Shown: positions 1 to 12,289 of the stretch, in pieces
Layout of the letters: every line of letters starts with the position of its first letter
Position numbering within the stretch: position 1 is the first letter of the stretch
NCBI RefSeq assembly: GCF_004010195.1
Contig: NC_057757.1
Location: 6,650,985 to 6,714,984, forward strand
DNA length: 64,000 nucleotides
DNA from: Chiloscyllium plagiosum
Lineage: Eukaryota
Direction: 5' to 3'
Made by a program: the position numbers and the translations under genes
The notes under the pieces: model-generated
Seen by the model: only the letters and a program-made list of their open reading frames with translations
What the model was told of the DNA's origin: nothing
Databases searched by the model: none

Positions 1-125
1 TGGGGGGGGGAGAGAAGGGGCATTATGGGGGGAGGGGAGAGAAGGGGCAGAAGAGACATTGTAGATGGGGGGAGGAAGAGAAAGGAAGGAGCAATGTGAG
101 GGGTGAGGGGGGGGGGAGGGGGGTA
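1..125 (+). repeat. G/A-rich low-complexity tract (G-quadruplex-prone)
   Basis: Multiple runs of 4 or more G separated by short purine spacers. Confidence 0.6.
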
Positions 126-300
126 ACTGGACACTGACCTCGGGCATGGGGCCTCCTTTCCGCGGTCTCCCGCTCCCTGTGTCCCAGGCCCCGGCCTCAG
201 GCTCCCGCCACCTCCCGAGGCCCCAGGATCCGGCTCCAAGCGCCCGGCTTTCCGCTTCCACCAGAAAATATAATCCCAGGCCCCAGCTCCCACAGGGAGG
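125..300 (-). promoter_or_regulatory. GC/CpG-rich promoter or first-exon-like patch of an unidentified leftward gene
   Basis: Locally high CpG; minus strand has an ETS-like GGAAGCGGAAAG and ATG CCC GAG|GTCAGT (ATG at 147-145, donor at 138). Confidence 0.4.
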
Positions 301-309
301 GAGGGAGGG

Positions 310-2105
310 CCACTTAAAGGGACCACCCCCTCACCGCCGCTTAAAGGGACCACCCCCCCAATGCGCCACNNNNNNNNNNNNNNNNNNNNNNNNNNNNNNN
401 NNNNNNNNNNNNNNNNNNNNNNNNNNNNNNNNNNNNNNNNNNNNNNNNNNNNNNNNNNNNNNNNNNNNNNAGGGAGGGAGGGAGGGCCGCTTAAAGGGAC
501 CACCCCCCCACAGCCGCTTAAAGGGACCACCCCCTCACAGCCGCTTAAAGGGACCACCCCCTCACTGAGCCGCTTAAAGGGACCACCCCCTCACAGCCGC
601 TTAAAGGGACCACCCCCTCACTGAGCCGCTTAAAGGGACCACCCCCCTCACTGAGCCGCTTAAAGGGACCACCCTCTCACTGAGCCGCTTAAAGGGACCA
701 CCCCCTCACTGAGCCGCTTAAAGGGACCACCCCCTCACAGCCGCTTAAAGGGACCACCCTCTCACAGCCGCTTAAAGGGACCACCCTCTCACAGCCGCTT
801 AAAGGGACCACCCCCTCACTGAGCCACTTAAAGGGACCACCCTCTCACAGCCGCTTAAAGGGACCACCCTCTCACAGCCGCTTAAAGGGACCACCCCCTC
901 ACTGAGCCGCTTAAAGGGACCACCCTCTCACAGCCGCTTAAAGGGACCACCCCCTCACAGCCGCTTAAAGGGACCACCCCCCTCACTGAGCCGCTTAAAG
1001 GGACCACTCCCTCACTGTCAGTCACTGAGCCGCTTAAAGGGACCACTTCCCCTCACTGTCAGTCACTGAGCCGCTTAAAGGGACCACCCTCCCTCACTGA
1101 GCCGCTTAAAGGGACCACCCCCCTCACTGTCAATCAATGAGCCGCTTAAAGGGACCCCCTCTCACTGTCACTCACTGAGCCGCTTAAAGGGACCACCACC
1201 CACACTGTCACTCACTGAGCCACTTAAAGGGACCACTCCCCCCCACTGTCAGTCACTGAGCCACTTAAAGGGACACCCCCCTCACTGAGCCGCTTAAAGT
1301 GACCACCTCTCTCACTGTCAGTCACTGACCTGCTTAAAGGGACCACCTCCCTCACTGTCAGTCACTAAGCTGCTTAAAGGGACCACCCCCTCACTGAGCC
1401 GCTTAAAGGGACTACCCCCTCACTGTCAATCACTGAGCCGCTTAAAGGAACCATCCCCCTCACTGTCAGTCACTGAGCCGCTTAAAGGGACCACCCCTTC
1501 ACTGTCACTCACTGAGCCACTTAAAGGGACCACCCCCTCACTGAGCCACTTAAAGGGACCCCCCCGACTGAGTCGCTTAAAGGGACCACTACCCCGAACT
1601 ATCACTCACTGAGCCGCTTAAAGGGACCACCCCCTCACTGTCAGTCACTGAGCTGCTTAAAGGGACCACCCCCCTCACTGTCAGTCACTGAGCCGCTTAA
1701 AGTGACCACCCCCCCCACTGTCGGTCACTGAGCCACTTAAAGGGACCACCCACCTCACTGTCAGTCACTGAGCTGCTTAAAGGGATCACCCCCTCACTCT
1801 CAGTCACTGAGCCGCTTAATGGGACCCCTCCCTCACTGAGCCACTTAAAGGGACCACCCCCTCACTGTCAGTAACTGAGCCGCTTAAAGGGACCACCCCC
1901 TCTCACTGTCACTCACTGAGCCGCTTAAAGGGACCACCCCCCTCTCACTGTGACTCACTGAGCCACTTAAAGGGCACACCTCCCCTCACTGTCAGTCACT
2001 GAGCTGCTTAAAGGGCCCACCCCCCTCACTGTCAGTCACTGAGCCACTTAAAGGACCCATCCCCCCTCACTCTCAGTCACTGAGCCGCTTAATGGGCCCT
2101 CCCTC
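310..2105. repeat. GC-rich minisatellite, core CTTAAAGGGACCACCCCCTCAC, units of 27, 29 and about 39-41 bp, roughly 50 copies
   Basis: Directly visible tandem array, e.g. unit starts at 490, 517, 544; contains an N gap at 370-470. Confidence 0.97.
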
Positions 2106-2429
2106 CCCTGTGTCAGTTGAGTGGTCCTTAACAATGCTGTATTGTATTTTATACAATGGAAGGTTCTGTCTTACTCTGTGTAGATCTTGTTAATGGTTAA
2201 AGGGTCTGAGATATTTTCTAATCAACATATTAAAGTGTCTGACTGCCTTGCTGCAATTGCCTCTTTAAGACTGATCGTTGTCCTATCTAGTGCCTCTATC
2301 TGCCTTCTTTGTGAGCTCTGACAGTGTGTACCCATGCCTGATATTGTGCACCCTTTGGCATTGGGCTCGCTGACACCTCATTTCCACTCTATTTCTCTGC
2401 GACCTGTTGCTACAGCAACGTTGATGATA

Positions 2430-3115
2430 ATTTGATTCATTTACTTAATTTGATTTACTTGTTACAAAAATACAGCGAAAAGAGTTGTCTCATGTTGCCA
2501 CTCTCCGGCGCCATCTTAAAACACAGAAAGATAAAATGTAAGAATATAAATAGCAGAAGAATAAAGAAAAAGGGGTCAACTTTACACTCCTTCTTGTGAA
2601 GTACTCTGACAAGGGCCTCGGGCCTAATGACCAGGCATGAGTCCCCTTCACCCTGGAAGAAGAGTCACCTCTCTTCGGCGCCATCTTGCCTCCACTGATG
2701 CTGTTACCACAATGAGTCTTCACCAGACCCAGCCAATGCTGGCTGGAACCACACCGGCCTAAACCCGACTCCGACACCGCATTTGGCTCCACTTTGGGCC
2801 ACTTCGTCGGGTCTTGTATTGGGCCCAAATTCGCCTCCCGTCGCCACGAATCTGCAGCAGACACATACTCTGCCGGGAACCCAACCCCACCTCCTCTGCA
2901 GCAGCCAGGAATGGACGCTAGGACTGCCTTGCCGATGCACCCCTACCCTCTCTGACGCTGCTGTCACAAGTCCGCGCTGGGCCTACATGTCGCCGTAAGC
3001 TCTTCAACAAGAGGTAAGAGAAAGAAATGAGAAAAAAAATGAGAAAAGAAGCTAAACGAAAAATGGATGGAGCGGATGAGCCCCGGGCTCAGATGCCCTA
3101 CTCCATCACCATCTT
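2430..3115 (-). mobile_element. Probable non-autonomous or degenerate non-LTR element with a Rex/Babar-like (AATC)n-type tail
   Basis: Minus strand begins AAGATGG(T)G..., carries repeated AAGATGGCGCC motifs and ends in AATCAAAT repeats like the tail at 13495-13512. Confidence 0.4.
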
Positions 3116-3825
3116 ACAGGAAACCCCTGTTATAGCTGGATCCGTCAGTAACACTTACAATGAACCTGCGTGTGGAGCAGAAGGAATTGAACCTCTCCAT
3201 GGCAATGCAAGCAGATAGTATTCACATCACTCACAAATTATTACATAAAGTGGGACTTGGGAGCGTTCAAACAAGAAGGGTCACTGAATGCCTCAACTTG
3301 GAAATTTTACATTGGAACCTATTCCGATGAATGTGGCTAAGAGGTACTTGAAGGCTCAAGGACTAAAACCTCCTTTTCCCTGCCCAACATCACCCACAAT
3401 TTATACAACAGGACAAAGAGGTGTTCTTGGATCAGCTGGCAAATCGACGCTGGTTGTGGTGGCTTTGAAATTTGGTTTTCTTGCCTTTGTCCTGATGTAC
3501 GCAAGAGCAAACACTTCCACAATATGGCTGATTTTCCAGCAATATTGTTTTCAAAATTACTTTTGTCAGAATTTCCACTCACCCTGATCTTCAAACACCT
3601 GCGAGATCTGCAGCTGATCCCCTCCACCCCAAGACCCGCACACATTTTCCCTCCACCCAATCTCTCCCTCTGCACACCACCTCCAGACCCCTGACACGTG
3701 ACATAAGATTGGAGTTTTCTCTGTTTGCTGCCTCCTTCCACCAATTTTCCATTCCCATTTGTCTGGTTGATGGGTGGATCCACAGGAATTAAGACATAGA
3801 AGCTTGGGTGCTCACATACACAAGT

Positions 3826-3932
3826 TCACACACACACATATGTGCACGCACACCCATACATACACACTCTCTTACACACAATGCGCGCGCACACAGACAT
3901 ACACTCAGTTTCTCTCTCTCTCACACACACAC
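3826..3932. repeat. (CA)n/(CT)n microsatellite-rich tract
   Basis: Visible dinucleotide runs. Confidence 0.85.
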
Positions 3933-4854
3933 CTCTCCCTCTCTCTTCCCCACACCCCCCACCATAATGTGAGTGCCCAAGGAAGCCATCTAGATGCTCT
4001 GTGCTACAAAGTGCCATAACAAATCGTACAAGGTATTGCGTTTTGAAATGCAACAAAACATCGCAAACGTGTGCATCAGTCCATGTTGCAAACTGCATGA
4101 TTTTAAAATCTACTCGTTTCATCGCTTACTCTTTTGGAAGATAAAGCATGTTTGCTGTTCAGTGGAAGGTCTCCAGACAATACTCAATTACAAAAAGCAC
4201 AAAATTCTCCTCACCTCCTGGCAAACATTTCCCCATCAACACACAGCACCAATAAACAAATTGTTTACTTTGTGCTTGGCAAAACTTTGTTGTGTAGAAA
4301 TTCACTGTCCTGGCATACCCCCACCAGACTGCAGAGACATTGACTGTAAAACAGAAGATATAGAATACAGCAAAGTCCAAACTGTTTGATCTTGATATGC
4401 GATATTTATTCACCAGTGTCGATATAAGATTGTCTCTGTTCTGTACAATTTCTTCACTGCTAGATGTCCAATTAGTGGCAAAAATCTAGAATTCTCTCCT
4501 CAGCAGCAGTACAGATGTACCTTCATCCCAAGTTCAGACATGGTTCTCAATAGATAATTGGAGATGTATGCAATAAATGTTGACTTAGCTCACATTCCAT
4601 GTCCGAACAAAAAAAATGCTATAACCCAAACAGCTTGGAATCTCCGATATCATTTCAGAGTGAGTCATTAACTTCAGCTTAAACTCCCCCCCCCCCAACA
4701 TGTCCTTCCCTCCTGACAAAGGTCAGAGTAGTGGTGAGGGAACTTAGCAGGGGGAATTGAAATATTGTTAATGAGCAACCCTCCCTCAAAACCCATTCAA
4801 ATCGACACAAACCCTAATCAGGCCATTGATGAGCTAAAAGGCAGGCCTGACTGA

Positions 4855-5280
4855 TGTGACAATGCTGTGGCTTTAGGAGGTCATTCTGTTCTGGGTTTCT
4901 TTGAGAGAGAGATTGGGGCACATATGTTCAGCAGTCTACAGGAAGATAAACAACTTGTAAAACCTTGGGTGTTTTGTTTTCAAAGCTGGAACAATAGAAG
5001 CAGCCTGACTGGGTGTGCTTGAGTTCCCACAGAACCAGGGATTTTGGGACTAGTTTTCAGCAGTGGCTGTTGGGGTCTTGAAGAAGTGGAAGCTGTTATT
5101 TTCTTCTCTGTGCTGCTGGAGTTGCATGCAAGAAAATCTGTTTTCTGAATTTCCCTTTTGTCAAAGGTATGTTTATGGAATTATTATATTGTTTATGGAG
5201 TTACTGTTTAGTAGTTAAACAATCTATTAATAATCTATTATTCTGTTAAGTTTTCCAATAGAGTTGTCATTCCAAGTTCC
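4855..5280 (+). mobile_element. Possible truncated LTR fragment
   Basis: Starts TGTGAC; T-rich LTR-like composition; cut by a SINE at about 5285. Confidence 0.3.
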
Positions 5281-5284
5281 TCCA

Positions 5285-5525
5285 ACGGCCCAGGTTCAAT
5301 TCCACCCTCAGGCGTGGGTTCCTCCCACAGTCCAAAAATATGCAGGTTAGGGTGGATCAGCCACGTTAAATTATCCCATAGTGTCCAGGGATGTGCACGC
5401 TAGTGGGAGGTGAACAGTTACAGGGATGGGGTAGGGGGTGGGTCTGGATGGGATGCTGTTCAGAGGGCCGGTGTGGACTCGATGGGCTGAATGTTCTGCT
5501 TCCCCAGTGTAGAGGATTCTATGAA
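5285..5525 (+). mobile_element. HE1/V-SINE-like SINE, partial
   Basis: B-box GGTTCAATTCC, TCCTCCCACAGTCCAAA core and CR1-like tail. Confidence 0.75.
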
Positions 5526-7036
5526 TTTATACATTGGCCCAGTACATAAGGAGCTGTGATCTTGATTAACAGGTGAATTTAGCTTCCTATACAATCATCA
5601 GGAATAAAAAACACAACGGCCAGCAAACGGAATTTTTAAAGGTCTATTTTAAGAACTGAAAATTACGTTTTTCAATAATAACATGCAAGGTTTTAAATTT
5701 TACAAACACTTTGGAACTATCAAATGCTGTCACAAATGTGCGGAAAAGGATACAGTTAATATGAAGAAGCATTCGCATGAGACAATGGTGTAAGTGGTTT
5801 TGATGTGTTGTAGCACTTGTTATTAGAAACTATAAGCTGTTCTGAAAACCCAGGCTTAAAGACAGCTGAAACTTGCAGCCTGTTTGTCCATGAGGCCAGG
5901 GGCCAGGAACAAAATTGCTTGTTTCCATTCAACCGTCTACTCCCCACATCCCGTTAGCTCCAACACAGATACTTTCTGGTTCGACTTCACTCAGAGTACC
6001 CTGAACTATTCGGGTTCTCAATTTTACAAAAGGTGACACAAAGGCACTGGAGAAAACCCTTCCCCCCCCCAAAGCAAAATAAGTTCATCAGAATGATCAC
6101 GAAACTGAATGACAGCCCTTTACCGTCAGGAGAATTGAACGGTCTAGGGCCTTTTCTTTAGAAAAGAGAGGGCTGAAGGTGTGGCCTGATGAAATGACAA
6201 AGGGTCAGTGTAGAGAAGATGTTTCTGGCTGCGTCTAAAATTAAGGGACCACAAACGTACGCCTAATAAATTGAGAATGCAGAAGGAATTCCTTTAGCCA
6301 GAGAGAGGCGAGAATGTGGAAATTGCTTCCACATGGAGTGATTGAGGTGAACAGTACAGTGTGCTTAAGGGAACGTAGATAAATACACAGAGAGAACAGC
6401 TGATTAGGGTGAAATGAATGGGGGTGGGGGGGGGAGACGACTAGCAGGGAGCATTAATGAGGGCACACGAATCTGCTGGGCTGAATGACCTTTGATTTTT
6501 GTCCAATTTTCCTCAAGTTCTGATCCATTCCTGCCAGGATGAAAGACTGGGTGAAATTCCAGAGCAGTGCAAAGAGAAAAGGCAATGGCTCCATCCTGGA
6601 TGTGCGCACCTTGAAGGTAGGTGAGAACTGTGAGAACTGCTGTAACTCTGCCAAGAACTTTCGTCAGAGGCAATGATACTGATCATTTCTAATATCAGTG
6701 TCCCTCTGAGCAGTAAAGATAAAGTCCTTAAAACAAAAGAGCAACACAAAACTGGACTTATCCAGTATTATAATAAAGTGCGGATCAGTCCCCACCAGCA
6801 GAATCACCCCCCTGAATAATCTTGTCAGTATTACTGAATGATATTGTGAAGGAAGAACAGATGGTGGAGCCCCCCGGCTAAAGAAAACAGGTCTGATGAT
6901 AATTGTACTGAGAGATGAAAACTGGTGAAGGTGTGGGTGATTACTGCACTTTGGCTGCGTGTGAAATACAGCAGCTTGCTGTTTTATACAGCAATGAATC
7001 AGTGTCACACTGCAAAGTGCTTACGTTTGTTTTCAA

Positions 7037-7270
7037 ACACACACACACACACACACACACCCTGTCCTAGTTATCCTTTGCTGTTGGATGAACTGTCAAG
7101 CCAGCTAGAACATGCCCACAGTCACTGGGTATGGTATTTACTGTATATATACACACACACACACAGATATGCTCACCCACATGCACTCTCACACTCAGTC
7201 TCAAACACACACTCACTCACACATATACACACTCATATAAACACAGACACACACACACTCACACACACAA
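7037..7270. repeat. (CA)n microsatellite clusters
   Basis: Runs at about 7037-7059 and 7150-7268. Confidence 0.85.
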
Positions 7271-7914
7271 ACTCCAATTTAATAATCAAACCTAAGGCTC
7301 CAGGGAATTGTGGACCTACCACAGAGTGAGACCTGACATATGTTAAAATACAAAGGAATAAGCAGTTTCCACAGCAGAGTCTGGAGATCTGCTGACTCCC
7401 AACACTACAGCATACAGTTGCCATAGCAATGCTAACATGTACCGCAGCCTGGCAGCATCCCTGATGGTCTTTCCGGTTAATTCAGGTGTTTTCTTGGCAA
7501 AAGGCTGTCTCTCCATGGTGGGAGCAAGAGCCCCTCAAGCACTCAAACCCAACAACAAAGACAGCGGGAAACCTGGGGAGACATGGAGCCCAGGCCGGCT
7601 GATGGTTCCTGCATTGACTGGTGGCGGGGGGGGGGGGTTCAAGTCGAGATGCCACAAATGCTCCTGCCCGCTTCTCCGAATGACAAACACCAGACAGGAG
7701 CAAACTGCTGCTCCGGCTGCAAGCCTAACGCCTCATGTTCTGTGCTCAACTTGAAGCTTCCCCCACCTCTCACTCTGTGAGTAGTTTAGGTGAACAGTAA
7801 CCATCAAAGCGGTGTCAACAAAGGCTCTCGAATCGGTCACAAGCTACGTTTGAATGTCCAAACTAACCTTGATGGTTCCTTCCTCTATATAAAATTGTAA
7901 AATCAACGAGATTT

Positions 7915-8045
7915 AAATAATCCTTAGATAAGCATATGGATGATTTTGGGATAGTGTATGGGGACAAACTAAGAATAGTTCACAGAACGGCGCAATATCG
8001 AGGGCTGAAGGGCCTGTTCTGCGTTGTTTTGTTCTATGTTCTATG
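7915..8045 (+). mobile_element. Short CR1 LINE 3' tail
   Basis: Ends in (TTCTATG)n; similar copy at about 32845-32975. Confidence 0.75.
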
Positions 8046-9463
8046 AGACTCCCTCCCCATACCTATTTTATCGACCTAGTTTGTCCTATCCCTGCTGAGG
8101 TATCAGTCACCTTCTGATACCTCACCCAAGTGGTTACACTTGGAGCAGGAGGCTCGGCCATTACCCAATTCAACCCTCAGCTCAACACGCCCCCAGCAAT
8201 GCTCAAAATCACAGGGGAGTTTGGATCAAAGAGCTTCCAGTTACTGAAGGGATAATAACCAGAGGGCATAGGAGTCAAGTGAATGGTAAAAGAAACAGAC
8301 AGTGAGAGGGAAAGCCTTCTTGCTTGGCGAGTGGATAGAATTCGAAACGCACTGCCCAATGTCGTGGGGGTGTGGATTGAAGAATGGTTTTCAAAAAAGT
8401 AATCCAACACACGGGGAAAGCTACTGCTGGAGTTTGGGGAATGGGATTAACTCTTCGCAAGAGACAGCCAGTCACAGACCCGATGGGCTGAAAGGTCTCT
8501 GCCCATGTTACGACTGTGCTGTTGATGTCAGCATCAGGGGCTATCCCCCCCTCTTCCTAGTCCTGGAACAATTGAATACTGCAATTTCGGGCCACAGACG
8601 TGGGGGGAATGGACATATGGCAAATGGCCAACAGGCAACAGAGAGGAATGCAAGACTGAGTCTATTCCATCTTGTGACACCCTGAACTACAGCAGGGGTT
8701 CAGGAAACTGCATCTGACGATCGAACCGAGTGTAGATTCAAAACATCAACACTGGATCTTAATGAAGTAATACAAAACACCCACTTTAATTGGGGTTATC
8801 CTCAGAACAACTGCTGGCAAGGCGATCACAAGAAGTGGTAGGGGTTATTATTCAGATAAAGGAATAAATTTATATCAAAACGGAGAAGGGGGATGGCTGG
8901 ATCAAAGGGAAAGATTGTCACATAGCTTGAATATTCTTTAGGAGACAGAGTAAGATGACCACTCAAGCACCCGCTCAAACATCTTTCCTGGAATCTAAAT
9001 CAGGAGAGGCATTTTTGCCTGGACTCCACATCAATACCAGGCGTATTACAGCCTCCAACCATCTAGAACGAGCCAGCATTAACTCCAACATGAGAATAAA
9101 ATTTGGCGTCAGATGAGACAAAACCTAAACTAAAAGCTTCGGCCAAACTTCAGTAACCGTCCATCTCAAGCATACAGCGGGTGTACAAAACTAAACTTCA
9201 CCACTCAAACATGTGGTGGTGCTCCACTGAACAGCTGGATCACAGCCTGAACATCTGATAAGCTTACAATAAACCTCTGGAACACAGCCCAAATAGTCGC
9301 CCAACCACAGACCCTTGCTTCCAAATAACTATCATCCCAAACCATGGTTATCATCGACCACACTTGGGCTATTGTTTCCATATTGAACACACAGGCTCTA
9401 GAGTTAACTGATACATTTGTGGAGCACTGGTGTAGGGTCCAACACTACGATTGTTACTCTCGT

Positions 9464-9843
9464 TCACTCCTCGAACATGAAGTCAGCAAACTCCTCTTCA
9501 TCTTCTGATTTCTTCAGTGTTAGGATTGCCATGTCATCATCTGAGAACGTATCTGCATCTTGTTTCTTTTCCATGACCCCTTGGAGCAGCTTGGCAAAAC
9601 CTTCACCGGCTGGGCCACCTCCGGGAGGTGATGGGGGTTCCTGGAGCAGAGGTTTCTTCCCCTTCAGAGATTCCTCTTCATGCAGATCAGTTGCAACACT
9701 TGGCTGGGTGTAGGGTTTGGGGCTGAGGAAATCCTTGCGCCGAGTACGGTCGTGCCCGCTGACTTTGTGCTCAGTAACCTTGGCTTTCAGGGGCACCAGC
9801 TCCATCTCGTCAATCCCATTCGAGATGGCCGATTTCCCAGTGA
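9464..9843 (-). CDS. ZCWPW1: ZCWPW1 terminal coding exon ending ...DADTFSDDDMAILTLKKSEDEEEFADFMFEE*
   Basis: Acceptor ttcttcctctcgttcacag, phase 1 entry, TGA at 9464-9466; unique non-repeat ORF; acidic tail resembles human ...SDGEDFPVALFGK (recalled). Confidence 0.75.
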
Positions 9844-10258
9844 CTGTGAACGAGAGGAAGAACACACAGATATTAACAGAGGCCAACAGGAGAGAGGGCA
9901 AGTGCAGAAAAGCTAAAGTAAGTGTAGAGAGGCACTGGCACCCACATCGAGGTGATGGGTCAAGAAAGCACAACAAGGTCTCTACTTCCTCAGGAGGCCA
10001 AGGAAATTCGGCTGGTCCACAAGGACTCTTACCAACTTTTGAGGGTGCACTTACATCCCATCTGGATGCAACATAGTGTGGTTTGGCAACTGCTCTTCCC
10101 AGGACTGCAAGACTCTGCAGAGAGTTGTGAACACAGCCCAGTCCGTCACACAAACCAGCCTTCCGTCCATTAGCTTCATCTATATTTCCTGCTACCTGGG
10201 GAAAGGGATCTTGGGGTTCAAGTCCATAGCTCCTTGAAAGTGGCCACTCAAGTAGATA

Positions 10259-12289
10259 GGAGAAAGTGAGGACTGCAGATACTGAAGATCAGAGCTGAAA
10301 AATGTGTTGCTGGAAAAGCGCAGCAGGTCAGGCAACATCCAAGGAGCAGGAGAATCGACGTTTCGGGCATAAGCCCTTCTTCAGGAATGAGGAGGGTGTG
10401 CCAAGCAGGCTAAGATAAAAGGTAGGGAGGAGGGGCTTGGGGGAGGGGCGTTGGGAATGCGATAGGTGGAAGGAGGTTAAGGTGAGGGTGATAGGCCGGA
10501 GTGGGGATGGGGGGCAGAGAGGTCAGGAAGAAGATTGCAGGTCAAGAAGGCGGTGCTGAGTCCGAGGGTTGGGACTGAGATAAGGTGGGGGGAGGGGAAA
10601 TGAGGAAGCTGGAGAAATCTGCATTCATCCCTTGTGGTTGGAGNNNNNNNNNNNNNNNNNNNNNNNNNNNNNNNNNNNNNNNNNNNNNNNNNNNNNNNNN
10701 NNNNNNNNNNNNNNNNNNNNNNNNNNNNNNNNNNNNNNNNNNNNNNNNNNNNNNNNNNNNNNNNNNNNNNNNNNNNNNNNNNNNNNNNNNNNNNNNNNNG
10801 GAAGGTGCCGGGAGTGGACGTTGGGTTGGTGGGGGGTGTGGACCTGACGAGGGAGTCGCGGGGGGAGTGGTCTTTCCGGAAGCAGATAGGTTGGAAAAGT
10901 GGAGCGCTGGATAGGCACAGCAGGTCAGGCAGCATCCGACGAGCAGCAGAGTCGACGTTTCGGGCAGAAGCCCTTCATCAGGAATGTGTGTGTGTGGTGG
11001 GGGGGGGTGCAGTAGCTGAGAGATAAATAGGAGGGTGGGGATGGCGATAGGGGAGCTATGAAGGTGATACATAGATACAGGTGAGGCATGATAGTGATAG
11101 GTCAGAGGGGAGGGTGGTGAGGATAGATGGGAAAAAAGATGGACGAGAAGGTTCAACAGTTCATCAACTTCACTAACACCTTCCATTCCCTTCCTGGACC
11201 TCTCCATCTCCATCTCCGGAGATCGACACAATACAGACATCTACTTCAAACCCATCAACTCCCATAGCTACCCGGACTAGATCTCCTCCTACTCCCTCTC
11301 CTGTAAAAATGCCATCCCTTACTCCCAATTCCTCCGCCATAGCTGCTTCCAGGAGGAGCAATTCCACTCCAGGCCACCCCAGATGGCCTCCTAATTCAAG
11401 GACCGTAATTCCCCTTCCATGAGACCAACAATGCCCTCCAGTGCATCTCCTCCACCTCCCACACCTCTGCCCTTGAACCCCACCCCTCCCTCCAACTGTA
11501 ATAAGGTGAGAACTCCCCTGGTCCTACCTTCTACCCTACTAATCTCTGGATGCAGTGCATTATCCTCGGCCATTTCCGCCACCTACAAACAGACCGCACC
11601 ATCACAGATATATTTCCCTCCCCACCCCTATCTGCATTCTGCAAAGACCAAGCCTCCTGTGACTCCCTTGTTAGGTCCACGCCCCCCACCACCCCACCCT
11701 CTACACCCGGCACCTTCCCTTGCCACCACAGGAGGTGTAAAACCTGCGCCGACACCTCCTCGCTCATCTCCGTCCAAGGCCACATCTGGCAGAGATTTTC
11801 CTGCACATCCACCAACCTCATCTACTGTGTCCATTGCTCTACATTGGGGAGACAGGACGTCAATTCGCAGAACATCTCTGAGATGGACACACCAAACAAC
11901 CTCACTGCCCTGTTACCGAACACTTCAACTCTCCATCCCACTCCGTCAAGGACATGCAAGTCCTGGGCTTCCACCACATTCAAAGTCACCTGACGACTGG
12001 AGGAAGAAGGCTTCATCTTTCGCCTTGGGACCCTCCAACCACATGGCATCAACATTGACTTCACTAGTTTCCTAATCTCCCTCCACCCACCTCATCCTAG
12101 ATCCAACCCTCCAACTCGGCACTGCTATTTACCTCTCAACCCCCTTTTCCCCACCCCCACATTCCTGATGATGGGCTTATGCCTGAAACATGGATTCTCC
12201 TGCTTGTGGATGCTGCCTGACTTGCTGCGTTTTTCCAGCAACACATTTTTCAGCTCTGATTTCCAGCATCTGCAGTCCTCACTTTCTCC
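10259..12289. mobile_element. Penelope-like element composite: minus-strand pLTR/ORF-end pieces (10259 to about 11140) joined to a plus-strand RT C-terminus/GIY-YIG fragment and pLTR (about 11140-12289), inserted in a CR1 fragment
   Basis: Inverted termini GGAGAAAGTGAGGACTGCAGAT ... ATCTGCAGTCCTCACTTTCTCC; peptides IPFLDLSISISGD, GTFPCHHRRCKTC and FSCTSTNLIYCVHCS typical of PLE RT/linker/GIY-YIG; hammerhead cores in the pLTRs. Confidence 0.85.

Noticed and set aside
310..2105. CRISPR-like array, or coding repeat ORFs (SRLKGPPPH)n at 146-624
   Set aside because: No unique spacers, vertebrate context and no cas genes; the ORFs are translations of the 27-bp unit, cross an N gap and are broken by 29-bp units
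6660..7010. Possible minus-strand LTR fragment ending TGTCACA
   Set aside because: Only one terminus is recognisable and there is no TSD; too weak to call
9417..10173. Plus-strand ORFs overlapping the terminal exon, and the upstream part of ORF 9464-10153
   Set aside because: Antisense shadows of the coding exon; sequence above 9843 is intronic, upstream of a clear acceptor
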